From Bispira polyomma (taxonomy: Eukaryota), in assembly GCA_965649765.1 (NCBI GenBank), contig OZ287750.1:55180001-55244000 (forward strand): a stretch of 64,000 nucleotides of DNA, in the 5' to 3' direction. Shown one piece after another: positions 13,461 to 26,232 of the stretch. Both the position numbers and the translations under genes were made by a program. Under the pieces are notes generated by a model. It did not search any database, had not been told where the DNA came from, and worked only from the letters and a program-made list of their open reading frames with translations. Numbering within the stretch: the stretch's first letter is position 1; every line of letters starts with the position of its first letter.

Positions 13461-13756
13461 CATTTTAAAAATGATATATATTAATCTAGTGTTATAGAGT
13501 TATATACTTCTCATTTCTAGATTAGTGCATATTTAACATCGTTTTCAAAAGTTGTTCCATATCACAATGGGAAATTCCCTGGCGATGGAATAGACTAGTT
13601 CATAAAGGTGTTATGCTCTGCCACTCACCGGCCTTCAGCAAGTCTGCTGCCAACTTTTCCACATATATATTCCATGCTGAGCTTTGAACCAATGACGGCA
13701 GATGTATGCAGCAAGTGTCTTATGACTATACACCACTGAGTTCTTGTTATATCTAG

Positions 13757-13975
13757 AGGTGGCCCTCCCTGACAAGCTGCTGTATCTGGACTGCAGGGAG
13801 ATTGCTGAAAATCAGACAGAGCTCTCCTGGGGTTGGCCTTCGTCAAAGGGCGGCAGTTCGTTCTCCGAGGTGGTTGATACCTCCATAATGCACGCCAAGG
13901 TTGAGTACAAGGATGATGACGAATGCTGGATTGAAGCCACACACCGTGTGCAGAAGCCACACTACATATTTCAAG
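13757..13975 (+). CDS. Roco gene exon 4: fibronectin type III domain, N-terminal part
   Basis: atctag acceptor, CAAG|gtaatt donor, phase 1-1. Encodes ...TELSWGWPSSKGGS...VEYK...W..., matching the FN3 B-strand 'LSW..P..dGGS' pattern. Confidence 0.8.
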
Positions 13976-14921
13976 GTAATTTATAACATCAATTAACATA
14001 GAACCATAATTTATACATTGGTTGTCTGACGAAGAAGCAAAATTTTTAATTTTGCTTTTTAAAATTTTCTTGTCTACAAGTGAAGTAAACTCTCATGAAG
14101 TGAACCCTCTTTGATTGACTTTAGATTACGTCATTTAATAGTTGTACCACTTCAAACTTTAAATGTTATCTATTCTGGATTTCTCAGTGAGTAAATGTGC
14201 TGTCTGGCAACCAAGATATGGTCTACACTAGGTCCATATGTCTCAACAAATGTCGCTTAATAAAGTTTTTAACAGAAACATTGGAATCTCAATGTGATAG
14301 ATGGAAACTGACACACTTGTGATATGATATGTTATGATAGATTTTTAACATGCCTAATTGATGCTAGTGATCATCTAAAGCGCAACTTCCTTGACAAATT
14401 TGCAAAAATCATAGTCCGTTTTCAAGCAAATTCGCGATCTGGGTAAAGCAGATAAAGTTATTTCAACACAAGCAAGTACAGTGATACATTTACAACATCA
14501 AACAGACATCAATACATGATTGCTCAATACATGGTCACATGCTTGGGGATAGGAACTAACCAGCCAAAATGCCAGCGGAACACATAATTAAGCTGTATCC
14601 AGACTGGCCAAACTGTTTGGCATATGAGTATCATATTTTGTATGGTGCTAGTATGGTCCAAGTTTTCCCACAAATCTTCAAGACAAGATGGCTTCCAATA
14701 TGACTTTTTCAAAACGGAAACCTATTGTGACTTTCAGTTAAAACGACTGAGGACATGTTGAGGACATATGTAACCCAATTTGGGGTATTTTCATGAAATT
14801 CTAAATTTACAAGAAATCGATATTTTGAACCAATGTTTGACTGGCAAGGGTGGAAAGGGGTGTAATACGGGCCAATATTGATATTTGCACTTGCCTGACC
14901 ATAATTTTGTAATTTTTGCAG

Positions 14922-15008
14922 GGCAAGCCAGAGAGTTCAGAGTAGCAGCTGTGAACAAAAATGGGCAAGGAGAATACCTCTACATCAACCCTACTACTGT
15001 TAGATATT
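14922..15008 (+). CDS. Roco gene exon 5: fibronectin type III domain, C-terminal part
   Basis: tttttgcag acceptor, T|gtaaga donor, phase 1-1. Encodes REFRVAAVNKNGQGE, the canonical FN3 F-G strand motif. Confidence 0.82.
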
Positions 15009-15568
15009 GTAAGACCACTGATACTATGTTATCTCCGTCAAGGAGGTTGTATGTGTTTTGGCACATGCCCATTGCTTGATTTGTGTTTGTCATTTATAAC
15101 ATATGTAAGGATTACCCCAACAAACAATTCAATCTGTTCAGTGGATTTAGTCTTTATCACAACACGCAGTTCACTGATAGAGGAAATCACTGATTTGCAA
15201 ACCAGTAGTCTTATACTGACAATTTTTCCACATCCACGCCCAAGCTATAAGGTGTGAGACGATAATAATTAACTAGTGTATCTTTTTGATATTTCCAACC
15301 CCCACCTTTTGTTTCTTGGAAGAATGCCTAGTTTTGTCTTGGAATTATACTCCTTAGAATCTGGTAGCATGAAGATTAGGTGGCGGTTAATCAGTGACTG
15401 ACTGGTTGATTAACCAATTGACTTTTAATTCATTGTGACTAATTGCTGCCGATCTACGAATCCTGGAATTGGCTGTGATTCTCTTTATAGAATAAGCAAT
15501 GTTTAGTAAAGGCCTGGTCTCATTCAGACATGCATCTGTGACCCTTTATAGTGGACGACTATGCCACA

Positions 15569-15960
15569 GATCTAGTGTTACACGACAAATGCATAACCAC
15601 ATCGCCTAACCTCATCTCCCAAAAATTCCCTCCTAAAACGAAGCTGGGGTGATTTCAAAACGAAAATATGACATCAGTGCAGCCGAAATGAAACGCACCT
15701 TCATTAACACCTACTAATAAGAAACGATGACATAATGGACAATGATGAACACCCACTACTACATCACTAAATCGAACGAAAGTTCACTAACTGCTACCAA
15801 TTGCAACCAACTCGACACGAGCCAGAATGAGCCACAACGAGCCACAACGAGCCAACACAACCTGCTACTGATGAGAAACGTTCCAAAACTAACAAAGACG
15901 TATCCCCTCCACCTCCCTTTCCCCGACAAAACCCCTCACAAATGTGCATTCATCCCTGAC
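15569..15960. mobile_element. Unclassified dispersed repeat (inverted copies at ~49190-49485 and ~57880-57980)
   Basis: gaacacccactactacatcactaaat..aagttcactaac..gagccacaacgagcc is reverse-complementary to 49195-49310. GATCTAGTGTTAC end is shared with ~57967-57980. Confidence 0.65.
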
Positions 15961-16186
15961 ACTTTCGAACATTTCAAAACATTTGTGACAATGCTAACAA
16001 TGCTCACAGATATCAACGAAGGTTTTATCAATCGCTCCAAATGTAGACAAACTTGAAACAAAGGTAAAACCTACTGTTAGCATTGGATCCATATGAAGGA
16101 CGTCCATGGTGAATTTGTGTAAATGAGACTTAGGTATAATTGACTGACTGATTCATTAACTGATTAACTGTATGCTGTCATTCTAG

Positions 16187-16372
16187 CTGATGAGCGTCCT
16201 GTAGATTACCCTGAAGATCTAGAAGCTCTGCAAATCAACCATGATTCTTTCTGCAGAATGAGCAATGTGAGGGATGTGGTCTTCAGGCTCTACCGTCGTG
16301 GCGTCATCAATAATGACATCAAAGAGACTGCTATGACCTTAATACGTGATGGGAAACCTCAACTTGCTGCCG
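16187..16372 (+). CDS. Roco gene exon 6: CARD (death-fold) domain, N-terminal part
   Basis: cattctag acceptor, G|gtgaaa donor, phase 1-1. Encodes DERPVDYPEDLEALQINHDSFCRMSNVRDVVFRLYRRGVINNDIKETAMTLIRDGKPQLAA. Not in the ORF track; translated by hand. Confidence 0.8.
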
Positions 16373-17287
16373 GTGAAAAGCTAGGGATTAAATAGATCTT
16401 ATGATACACTGTAAAAGTGACAAATTGTCATAAAAAAATTTCATTCATTGGCGGAAAGTGGTCAACATTTTTCCTATTAGAAAGTTCAATTTTATAAAGT
16501 ACCATGAGCCTCATATTTGTCGTCCAATAAGGGAATCATAATTTGATTTATTTTACTCAGTGGTAACATGTATACTCTTTAGTAGCATGCATTTAAACAA
16601 TATATATTTATACATGCTCATAGAGCAGCTAATATAGCATATTATGGCATTGATTAAAGACAAGTGTACCTAAAAAGCAACTTAGGCAATTAAAATATCT
16701 TGACTATCCCTATGTTAATGTACATGTTGGTGTGAAGTATGTACAAGCAACCTCTACATCAAATGAAAACAAAGTTATGATATCATACAAGCCTGAATAT
16801 GTATTGCTATTCGTTTGTAGTATTTTTTTGCTGTCCAGCTTCTCCCACCTCTGGTGGGTTCTAATCTCAGCCCTGGGGGATGCTGGCCGCATACTTTTTG
16901 AAGGCCTGTGGTTTGCCTGGCAGAATACCTTGACCAACTGTTCTGATTTCTGCTTCCCGTCATGATGTGATGCAAACACGTTGAAACAATGTTATTTTGC
17001 CAAGTTTAGATTATCCAAACAGATCACAATACATTCAGACATAGTAACGGTTTTATTAAATTTACTAAAAAAAATGGACAAATAGTTTTACAAACTCGAA
17101 TGACTATCAGTAGAGTGCATATCTACACCAATGATTCTCCCTTATATGCTGCAATTAATGGATTATCCCTTAGTTGACATTGCATCCATTTATACAATTT
17201 CATGAAACAGACAAAACAAACCAGTGAACATTGGTAAACACATAACCTCCTATAAAAAGGTAATAAAGAATGTCCTATCTATTTCAG

Positions 17288-17418
17288 ATAAACTTATGGA
17301 ATTTCTCCGCAGGCTGACCTACCAGGCATTGTACCTGTTCAAGAAAACACTGTTTGAGACTGGACAGATCATTCTGGCAGAAAATGTCCCTGTAAGGCGG
17401 AAGGATGCTGGTGTGTAG
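17288..17418 (+). CDS. Roco gene exon 7 (terminal): CARD C-terminal part and stop
   Basis: atttcag acceptor. Encodes DKLMEFLRRLTYQALYLFKKTLFETGQIILAENVPVRRKDAGV*, matching the CARD helix 4-6 pattern. Summed CDS is 3405 nt = 1134 aa + stop. Confidence 0.82.
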
Positions 17419-18011
17419 CCAGATGATGTGGGATGCACAGTCACAAACCTGTTTAAGTGTTTGTATGCACCAGGTTTTCAACGACAACTTCACAGTTAAA
17501 AAAAGCCATCACTGGCTTCCAATTCGACCAGTCATAATAACCTATAAATGTAATGGTGGTATCATCTATAAAACAGTACATTTTTTATATTATATTATTA
17601 TTATATTATATTTTAATATTATAACATCTTTCTACTAGACACACTGGTTACCCAGACCAAATATTATAAACATAATAAAAAATGAATATGTTATCGCCGA
17701 TTGAACCCCCCCCACCCCCCCCCCCCCCCCGAATATATGGTAGCACTAACGCAAATTGAATGAAAAAAATACACTCGATGTTCTATAATGTCATTGATAT
17801 TTTTTAACTTAAGCCTGTTTATGTGATAATAATGTATGTGGTCTTGTATTGAAATTGTATGATGGACTGTGTGGTTTTCAGATATAACTTAATTTTCAAC
17901 AAAAATTAATATAGCAATTCATCATTGGTTATCCCAATACGGTAGATCCTCCATAATCCAAACTTCTGTTATCCAAATATTTAATTTTTTATGAAGACAC
18001 TTTGACTCACA

Positions 18012-18263
18012 GGCCTAGTGGTTAGCAAGCAATGCGCTTCAAAATCACTGGTCTCTTACCTCTGGCCGGTCTGAGTTCGAATCCCGTCAATGCCTATGTG
18101 GGAAAGGTGGTAGTTCCTTACTGTGGGCCGCTGGTTTCAGTGCACAACCTTGATCAACTGTATGCAGTGTCCCCTCCAGCATTTCCAACTACCCGTCCCA
18201 ATATAACCTAAACAGGTACTAGAGTGGATGTTAAGTACCCAAATTTAAAAAAAAAAAAAAAAA
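18012..18263 (+). mobile_element. tRNA-derived SINE family 1
   Basis: Same ~240-bp consensus, A-rich tail, flanked by TTGACTCA. Confidence 0.9.
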
Positions 18264-20689
18264 ATTGACTCAGAAATTTACATTTTTCTATTGTTTTTAT
18301 TGTTTGTTACTAAAATGTCCCTGCAATTTTATGAACCTTCCATTATTTAAACAAAATCTTGCTCTCACAACATGCTTGTATAATAGAGGTCCTATTGGGT
18401 CCACATGTCTCCAAATTCATTTAATGAGAACTGCAAATTCATTTAATGAGATCTTAATTGTTTTTGTCATAAATGTTCAGACTTTTTACTCTTCAATGAC
18501 AGTGTATTTTATTTCAATACATATTGGTTTGATATTATAATGTTACACTCTAAAACATTGATTTAGAATTTTTATCAAGATTTGTTGTTGTCTTGATTAT
18601 GGGATCTTTCCGGAAAAATTTGCATAGACAGCACTATCTACCGTCTCCTCAGATCATTTTTACTTCATTTTCTGTAGTTATAACTATTTGGTACTCGGGA
18701 CGAGTATCGTATTATTAAATATTTATTTTATATTTTATTTGTTTGTCAAATATGTTTAGTACTTTAACCTACTAATAACTGCATTTTTCCTTATGTTTTT
18801 CTTTAGTAGAAAGCACGTGTGTCGAAAGATATATATACATGTACGGAATATAAATTTCTTCACTATCTAAAATTCGCCACCAAGAGAATGTTTTGTTTTG
18901 GGTATAATTGTGGTTAATAACTGCTGAAATTATGATTTTTATGAGTATTTTGCCTTTTTTACTAGTTATGTTTTACCATTTATTTTTACCATTTATTTTA
19001 ATTTTAAGGGTGGCGAATTTTAGATCCATGTGCAAATTTTAGATTCCTTACTGCACTGTTATGATGTTGACAAGAGTTCACACACAAACAGTGACATATG
19101 TAATTGATCTAGCTTCAGTGAGAATGTAGAACATTAGCTAGGTGTAATTTTAAGCTAGGAGGTATTTTTAATTTCTGTCTGTTGGTTCGTTCTCTTGACC
19201 AATTCTTGATTTATGACCACTGGCAGTCAGTGTTTTCTTGTTTTTTAAATTCCCCTCAAAATTAAAACGGATATTTACTAAAATGTGACATTTGATGGTA
19301 CTATTTTCACATATGTCAGTATTTTTGATGGCACTATCTTCACATATGTCAGTATTTTTTGTCGTTTTAACTGTACCTGAAAACAAAAACAGTGCATATA
19401 ATATTTTGTCCAGATTAAGATTTTAGTTTTCTGTGTATAGGTGTAATTTTATTGCTGCTAAAATACATGTAAATTGATTTCATATCACAGTAAATCAACA
19501 GAACAACTATTGTCTATAAAAAAACTTACCCAATTTACTGTCAACATCAAATGTCGAAATAGTTTTCCCATTTATTTATCCATGCAATGAATTATTGTCT
19601 GCAAAACAGTAGCCACTTTGGATATCAAATAAACGTTTTCAAAATTTTCTTAAATTACCTTCGCCAATGAGGTTATGTATTTATTTTCATGTGACTCTTG
19701 CTTGACTATGTCTTCCCATTTCAATATCTATGCATTAAAATCATGTTTGCAAAACAGTAGCCACTTTGCATATCACATAAAACTTTTCAATATTTATTAA
19801 TCATTACGCTCGCCAATGAGGGTATTTATGCCTTTATTTTGTTTTTTTTACACAAAAACTACTAAAGTAATAGGTATTTTACAAAATGTATTGCAATGGT
19901 AAGACACAGGCCAAATGAGAAACTAATAAATTTTACAGCTAAGGCAGCTAGAATTGCAATTCCAACTTTTGTTTAAGTAATTTACACTTTGGCGCTCTGG
20001 CGGAGGTATGCACTCTACTAACTGCCCTTCTAGTTAGCAGTGTGATTTAACCACAATTGAACATCAATTTTATCAAATTGCACAACAATGCTTCCAGTAC
20101 AAATAGTACTGCCGTCACAATACGACTAATAATGTCGAGAATGACATAAAATGCAAATACATCAATTCCTTTGAATTCCAATAATGTCTTTGCACACTCC
20201 ACTGTTATCTTTCTGGCATGAATATGATACTATTTAGATGAGTCATTGTATATCATCATGCCATTTGCTTCCGTTAATTATCTGAAAGAATACTGATCAC
20301 ATTTAACACTTTTCATTATTGCTCTTGGAATAGTATAATCACATTGTGTAACATGCGGCTCAAAGAGGGTATTGTTTAGAAAATGAAAAAAATGATATCT
20401 GGAAACATCTGTTATACCATGTACACCTTGCTGGTAAGCCTAGTTTTTTTAACAATGTGGTAACCTGTCTCTGTGTGAACAAATGAGTTAAACTTTCTGG
20501 ACCTCTACATAGAACAGATCAAAAGTTCAAATCACTCACACACACATCTCAGCCAAGCTGAGTGAATATAAATTAAAGTTGTTAAAGTTCATACATAACT
20601 CTGGTCAGTGTCGATCTGAAGGTACTGGCCAGAATGTGGTGGAAATTTTTTTTTTTTTTTTTTTTTCTTCCGCAGTCAGTGTATTATTA

Positions 20690-21810
20690 TTTTTTTTTTT
20701 TAACAAGACATGAATATATTACGTCTGAACACAAAAATACATTACATATACACCACAATGGTTTACAAGCCATGAATACATTACATACATCTGAACATAA
20801 AAGCACAATTACATATACACTACAATGCTTTACAAGACCTGAATACATTATCAAGGTTAACGCCATGCAATAGAAAAAATACATTACATATATACTACAA
20901 TGGTACATCTGAACATAAAAATACATTACATATACACTACAATGGTACATCTCAATATAAAAAATACGTTACATATACACTACAATGGTACATTTCAACA
21001 TAAAAAATACATTACATATACACTACAATCACATTTCATAAAACACTCCTACAGAACATATATTATCCAAGATCATCCATGATATTTATTTTGTATAGCT
21101 ATAATGATAAAAAAGCCGGTCATAAAGAGTCATATATACTTCCATAAAGATTGCTAAATATCTCTTGTTTATTTTCTTGGTTGTACAGAGCCTTCAGTGT
21201 ACTCAATTTATCTTTAATTAGAATAACATACTCCTTGAAAGACACTGGAATATTTTGATATTTTTTAGAATTTAAAAACCATTTCCCAATTAAAATCAGA
21301 TAGTTCACACATTCATATGTAGGTTCACCATGCCACTTAAAGCCAAGTAAGATTTCACAAACTGTAAAGCAGATCTTGATATTAAATATGTCTTTGATCC
21401 AATTGCTTAAATTATTCCAAAAAGTTGTACTAATAGTACAGTAAAAAAAGTGATGTTCAAGAGTGTCCACAACTAAGCAGTATTTACAATTTGGATTGTC
21501 TACTATGTTCCACTTACAGAGATTTTCCCCACAGTTTGTAATTCGGTTTAAAATCTTGTATTGAAAGGTTTGGAAATATGGTTCTCTTATGGTCTTAAAA
21601 GGTAGTTGAAAGGTTGAATTCCATACATGGTTTTCTAAAAAGGGAAATAGGTCCACCCATGTATTGATACTGGTTGGTGGCTTTGATTTCCTTCTGGCCA
21701 TTTCTAAGTATAATTCTCCGGATTTTACTTTTTCTAGTGATTTCAAGCACTGATTTATATAAATCAGTGGTGGAGATTTCATCTATTATCAACATTGTCA
21801 ACCACTCATT
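20690..21810 (-). mobile_element. L1/Tx1-like LINE 3' fragment (ORF2 C-terminal zinc-binding region, 3' UTR and A tail)
   Basis: ORF 21120-21782 with FQYKILNRI...CKYC...DTLEHHFFYC....FW (CCHC, zf-RVT-like). T-run on the + strand at ~20690-20701. Confidence 0.8.
20722..21030. repeat. ~45-bp minisatellite inside the LINE 3' UTR
   Basis: Repeated aaaatacattacatatacactacaatggtacatctgaacata, about 6 copies. Confidence 0.85.
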
Positions 21811-22354
21811 TTGACATACACGATGTGTACTGTGGGTATACATATAAACCCAATGTTATGTAGTTATTCAAAGCATTTCTATAGCTCCCAATTGATGCAT
21901 CCCTCCTCCAACATGCTTGTTCTCTGAGAAGTAAAAGCCTAACAATGTAGCAGTGGTTGTTGTCGCAGTAGTCAATGATGGGTTTCTTTGATGAACCCAT
22001 TAGTATAGGATTCCTGTGAGTGAAACTGAGGACCATCTGTTTCAGGTTAGCAGATCAGCTCCCTTACCACTGTGTCACAGTGCTCAATTGACAAAGTCAA
22101 TTCTACAAGGTGGTCATTCTCCAAGGCACGATAGTCCAACAACAGTATTGTCATGGTCAGTAATTAACCTGTTGGTCAAGGGTGTTATCACCAAGGAATC
22201 ATTATGGTATTGTTAGGAGTCAAACCAGGAACTTTTTGATCACCAGACAAGCTCTTGTATCAGGAGTCGAACCAAGGATCTTTCAACCAGCAGATCAACT
22301 CCCTGCTCACTAGTTCCTGGAAGACCACCATCATGACAATATACCACTCTTTCA

Positions 22355-22630
22355 CTATGCCACAATGTTGATCCCTAAACTATGCAACACTATGGGATCA
22401 GGTCTCAACTGACAATTGAGATACTTTGAGAACATGTAGGCCAGGCTGTTAAGGTCCCCCTCGTGACTTAGGCAGGGCAGATAGGCAGCGAGGAATTCCT
22501 CTACGAACTGACAGAGGCACTGTCGTCGGCGTAGGTGGCGCCGCTCTAGCGAGTGAGGCACGCGGCGGTAAATGAGGTTAATGGCGTATGCAGAGCTCAT
22601 CATGACTAGAAGTCTGGAGGCTAAGGGTTT
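22355..22630 (-). CDS. TIR-TMEM268-like gene, terminal exon
   Basis: tattttttag acceptor, phase 0. Encodes KPLASRLLVMMSSAYAINLIYRRVPHSLERRHLRRRQCLCQFVEEF...*, resembling the TMEM268 C-terminus as I recall it (A..LL.....Y...L...LP....RH....CxCQ..E). Confidence 0.85.
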   Translation of the reverse strand, partial: KPLASRLLVMMSSAYAINLIYRRVPHSLERRHLRRRQCLCQFVEEFLAAYLPCLSHEGDLNSLAYMFSKYLNCQLRPDPIVLHSLGINIVA

Positions 22631-23269
22631 CTAAAAAATACAAAGACAATAAATTTATGGAATATCAGATAAAATCTACAAGCCATCTGAAACATATATA
22701 CAAAATTATATGCAGTATATCTCCTAAGTCCACAGGCTAGAGCTTTCTGAAAATATCTACAGTATAGACATCTCATTCAATTTGCAAGCCAGGGTTGCTG
22801 AAAATATATGCATAAACTATGTGTCAAAAAGTCTCAAAAGTAGGGGTTTAATGACAGGTTATAAGCTGTTTTGGAAGGCAATCTTTTTATAATCACCCCA
22901 AGGTCAGGACCATTAGCTTTGAGGCCCTCTGCAACAGTTTGAAGTATTTTAAACTATTTTACAGTATTTTTGTCTGTGGATGAGTGTGATTGGCAGACCT
23001 TTCTTTAAATTGCATTAAAAAAATATGTCCAGGTGAAGTTTCTCTCAATATCATTGACAATTAAAGCATTTTGTTGTCATACTATTTATTGTTGCATAAT
23101 TTCAGTAGAATTTACATATACTAATATTTTGAAAATGTGACACTTTTAAAGTTTCCATTTGAATATCAGTCCTAGGGTGTATGTGATAATATTGTTAATA
23201 GACTTTTCCTGCTTTAATTTCCTCCAACTGCTGCAAATATAATAATTATTCATTTGATATAGCACATTT

Positions 23270-23540
23270 TTAAATTCACTGTTATCAAATGTGCTTTGAC
23301 ATTACTACCCCAGCATGGGTTCTTCCACTTGTCAACCCATTATTCAGTTTCAGCTCCCTCAAGAAGCACACTAGCCATGCTGCCACATACTAACACCCAT
23401 TAAGGGCAACTTTGTGTATAGCACCTTGTCCAAGGGTATAATCTCCAGGCATGCAGCGAGGATCGAACCGGGATCTGAGATCTCTGAACTCTGAGATCAC
23501 TCAAATCCAAAGTCTGACACTCTAACTACTAGGCCACAGA
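23270..23540 (-). mobile_element. Degenerate tRNA-derived SINE
   Basis: On the - strand: GTGGCCTAGTAGTTAGAGTG head, GGTTCGATCC B box, CCCTTGGACAAGG core. Confidence 0.6.
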
Positions 23541-23633
23541 GACACTATTTCCTCCAACTGTTGTACATGATATTACAGAATATGACACTGTTGACAGTGA
23601 GGTAAAACCTGAACTAAACTTAATTACACATAC

Positions 23634-23735
23634 CTCCTGTAGATAGGTGTTGTTCAGTGTATACACATCCACCAGTCTCCCCAACTTTTCCATATCTTCC
23701 TCTGTACAGTGAGTGAGACAAAGCTTGACCTGCTC
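23634..23735 (-). CDS. TIR-TMEM268-like gene, internal exon (EQVKLCLTHCTEEDMEKLGRLVDVYTLNNTYLQE)
   Basis: tatttgtag acceptor, GAG|gtatgt donor, 102 nt, phase 0-0, open. Confidence 0.8.
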
Positions 23736-24643
23736 CTACAAATACACTTACTGTATTTATTGTATGTATATTATTGTATTTATCAAACTCCGCAAGTATA
23801 AAACCGTACATGGGCTTTCAATCCGGTGCAGAAATGTTATTGTACTATATTCAAATTTGTCCTCGGCACATTTATCTACTGTTATCTGGTATTCAGAGTA
23901 CTAAGTCATATTTTCAAGATAGAAACCAGCACCAGCAACTGTCATTCCCCTAACTAAAGCGACAGGTGATGACCACCGTGTCACCGCCCTCAAGGTTTTT
24001 TAGCCTCCCACTGGGGATAGGACTGTTTAGACGGTCGCCCATGGACGAAACCAGCTTGTTCCAAAGGGGAATTAACCACTAGGCCAAAGTGGCAGATATG
24101 ACAGATATTACTCTTATCAAAGTAATATTATACTTGCACGAAAATTGACAGAACTGCTTGTAACAGTAATTTTAAATTATTTTCTGTATAACAACATTAA
24201 ATTTGGGGAATTGGTGAACCGTGTCATCTTGCAAACAATATACTAATATAAGATAATATAAGATATAAACAAATGACTGTTATAAATGTTCAACATTTTC
24301 CTTTGTTATTTTAGAATACACAAACTATATCAGGATTGAGTAGCTTGGGGTTTTTAGATTATGGCACAGGAAAGCCCATATCAAGCTGTTATCAAGAGTT
24401 CTTATATTTATTTATAATAACGTATTAACAAAATGAGAACTAGATTTCACAAGTCTTTTTTTGTATTTTATCCTTATCCACCATGCATGAAGTCATTATT
24501 ATTCCTCTATCTGAATTACCCCATTGTCAGAGGAAACACAACACCAGCGCATATTTACAAAGTCATTCTGCTCCCATATAATGTTGAAGACAAACGTATA
24601 TAAAGAAAGTCTAAATGACAACAGGTTATAATCTTCAACTCAC

Positions 24644-24787
24644 AATGCACTCGTATCTGTTAAAGTAAAGGAAGTAGATATGAAATTGGTCATCACTGGT
24701 TTTTGCTGACGTCACAACAAGTGGCCTGCCCCAGGAGTATAACAATGCATTCATGTAGATACTGCGACTGAACATGCGCATGGAATA
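24644..24787 (-). CDS. TIR-TMEM268-like gene, internal exon (YSMRMFSRS...FHIYFLYFNRYECI)
   Basis: ttgtttacag acceptor, ATT|gtgagt donor, 144 nt, phase 0-0. IYFLYFNRYECI resembles TMEM268 LWFVYFDLENCV (recalled). Confidence 0.85.
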
Positions 24788-25091
24788 CTGTAAACAAGAG
24801 ATGTAAAGTTATACATTTAGATTAGACAATTTAAAAATGTATCATTTTTTTATCAAATTGAAATAATATATCGGCATATATATAGTCATATCAGAAGTTC
24901 ACCAATTTGTAGTTATATTCATGTATATGGATTCATTTTGAAGTTTTGATTAAATGCCGGCTGCCTGTACTGTAAATCAATGGATTTCAGCATGTGTTCT
25001 GCTAACTTTTATGCTGGAGCTGATATTAGAACCAACACATGCAGAGGTAGGAAGTAATTGTGTTACACAAACTTCATCAAGGCCCCTATAT

Positions 25092-25247
25092 AGGTCCTCA
25101 GTGGCCGAGTGGTCAGCAAGTTTGGCATCCAATCACAGGCTGTCACGTCTGTGTGGGTTCGCCTCCCACAAGTGACAAATACTGTGGGCCTGTCCCAATA
25201 TGACCCTGGCTGTTGAACGGGACGTAAAATCCCTAACTTTGACTTTG
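25092..25247 (+). mobile_element. Short tRNA-derived SINE (different family)
   Basis: A box TGGCCGAGTGG, B-box-like GGTTCGCCTCCC, tail GGGACGTAAAA. TSD TCAAGGCCCCTATAT. Confidence 0.82.
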
Positions 25248-25544
25248 TCAAGGCCCCTATATCACGGGTTACTGATGTATGCACATAATCATGTCAGATG
25301 TTGACCATTTTGTAACTGTAGTCATATTAGTTTGCATTTATAATTATACTCAATGCAATATCTTTTCTGAGATTCAAAGGCCTGAGTTGCTTGCATATGC
25401 AGTCAAGCACCGAGGCTTGAGGATGATCATTTATCATTGGCCAAAAGGGGTCATTAGCCTTTCACTGGGATAGGATCAAATAACAGAGCAATGTCATTTA
25501 AGTGGTAATCCAGGCCACTGTATATATCTGCCTATAGCCGGGAG

Positions 25545-25800
25545 TTTAAATTTTAATTTGGATATTTAATGTCCACCCTAGTACCTTTCAGTAGGTTATA
25601 TTGGGACGGGTACTTGGAAACGCTGGAGGAAACACTGCATACAGTTGGTCAAGGTTCTGCAGAGAAACCAGTGGTCCACAGTAAGGAACTACCACCTTTC
25701 CCACATAGGCATCGACGGGATTCGAACTCACGCCGCCCAGAGGTGAGAGACCAGTGATTGTGAAGCGCAATGCTTGCTAACCACTAGGCCACCGCGGCCC
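25545..25800 (-). mobile_element. tRNA-derived SINE family 1
   Basis: Full-length. TSD CTGCCTATA(G/T)CCGGGAG. Confidence 0.9.
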
Positions 25801-26131
25801 CTGCCTATATCCGGGAGACCTATATCTGGGATCAAACTCAGGTCCTCCGCATTTCTAAGCATGTGTTACATACTGGGTCACAGTGGTATATACCGCTTTT
25901 CTATAGGCCCTTCTAAAATTATCGTACTGACATGTCTTAAAGCATGGAATGTGGCATCGAAGTAGGACAGAACATAATACATTCATTTTTGAAGGGTCTA
26001 AAAATTGGTGATCATTGGAGCGACCATATTGAAAAGATCAACTAATCTTTCATCTCATTATATAGTAACTAGTGAATGACATGAAATTCTGACCAAAGAA
26101 CCATCAATTATGACTATCATTTTTGGGTTAC

Positions 26132-26232
26132 CTTGTCTTTGTGAGCTTTGAGCTTTTTCCACCTGAACAAACAGCCTAAAACAATGCATATAGCAGGAAT
26201 GGTGAACACACACAGTCTCACGGGGAGTGTGC
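26132..26232 (-). CDS. TIR-TMEM268-like gene, exon encoding TM helix 2
   Basis: atttctctag acceptor, AAG|gtaacc donor, phase 1-0. Encodes STLPVRLCVFTIPAICIVLGCLFRWKKLKAHKDK: hydrophobic helix followed by a basic stop-transfer segment. Confidence 0.83.

Noticed and set aside
19290-19830. Short local duplications (~33 bp and ~140 bp) between the two genes
   Set aside because: Ordinary slippage or tandem duplications with no sign of function.
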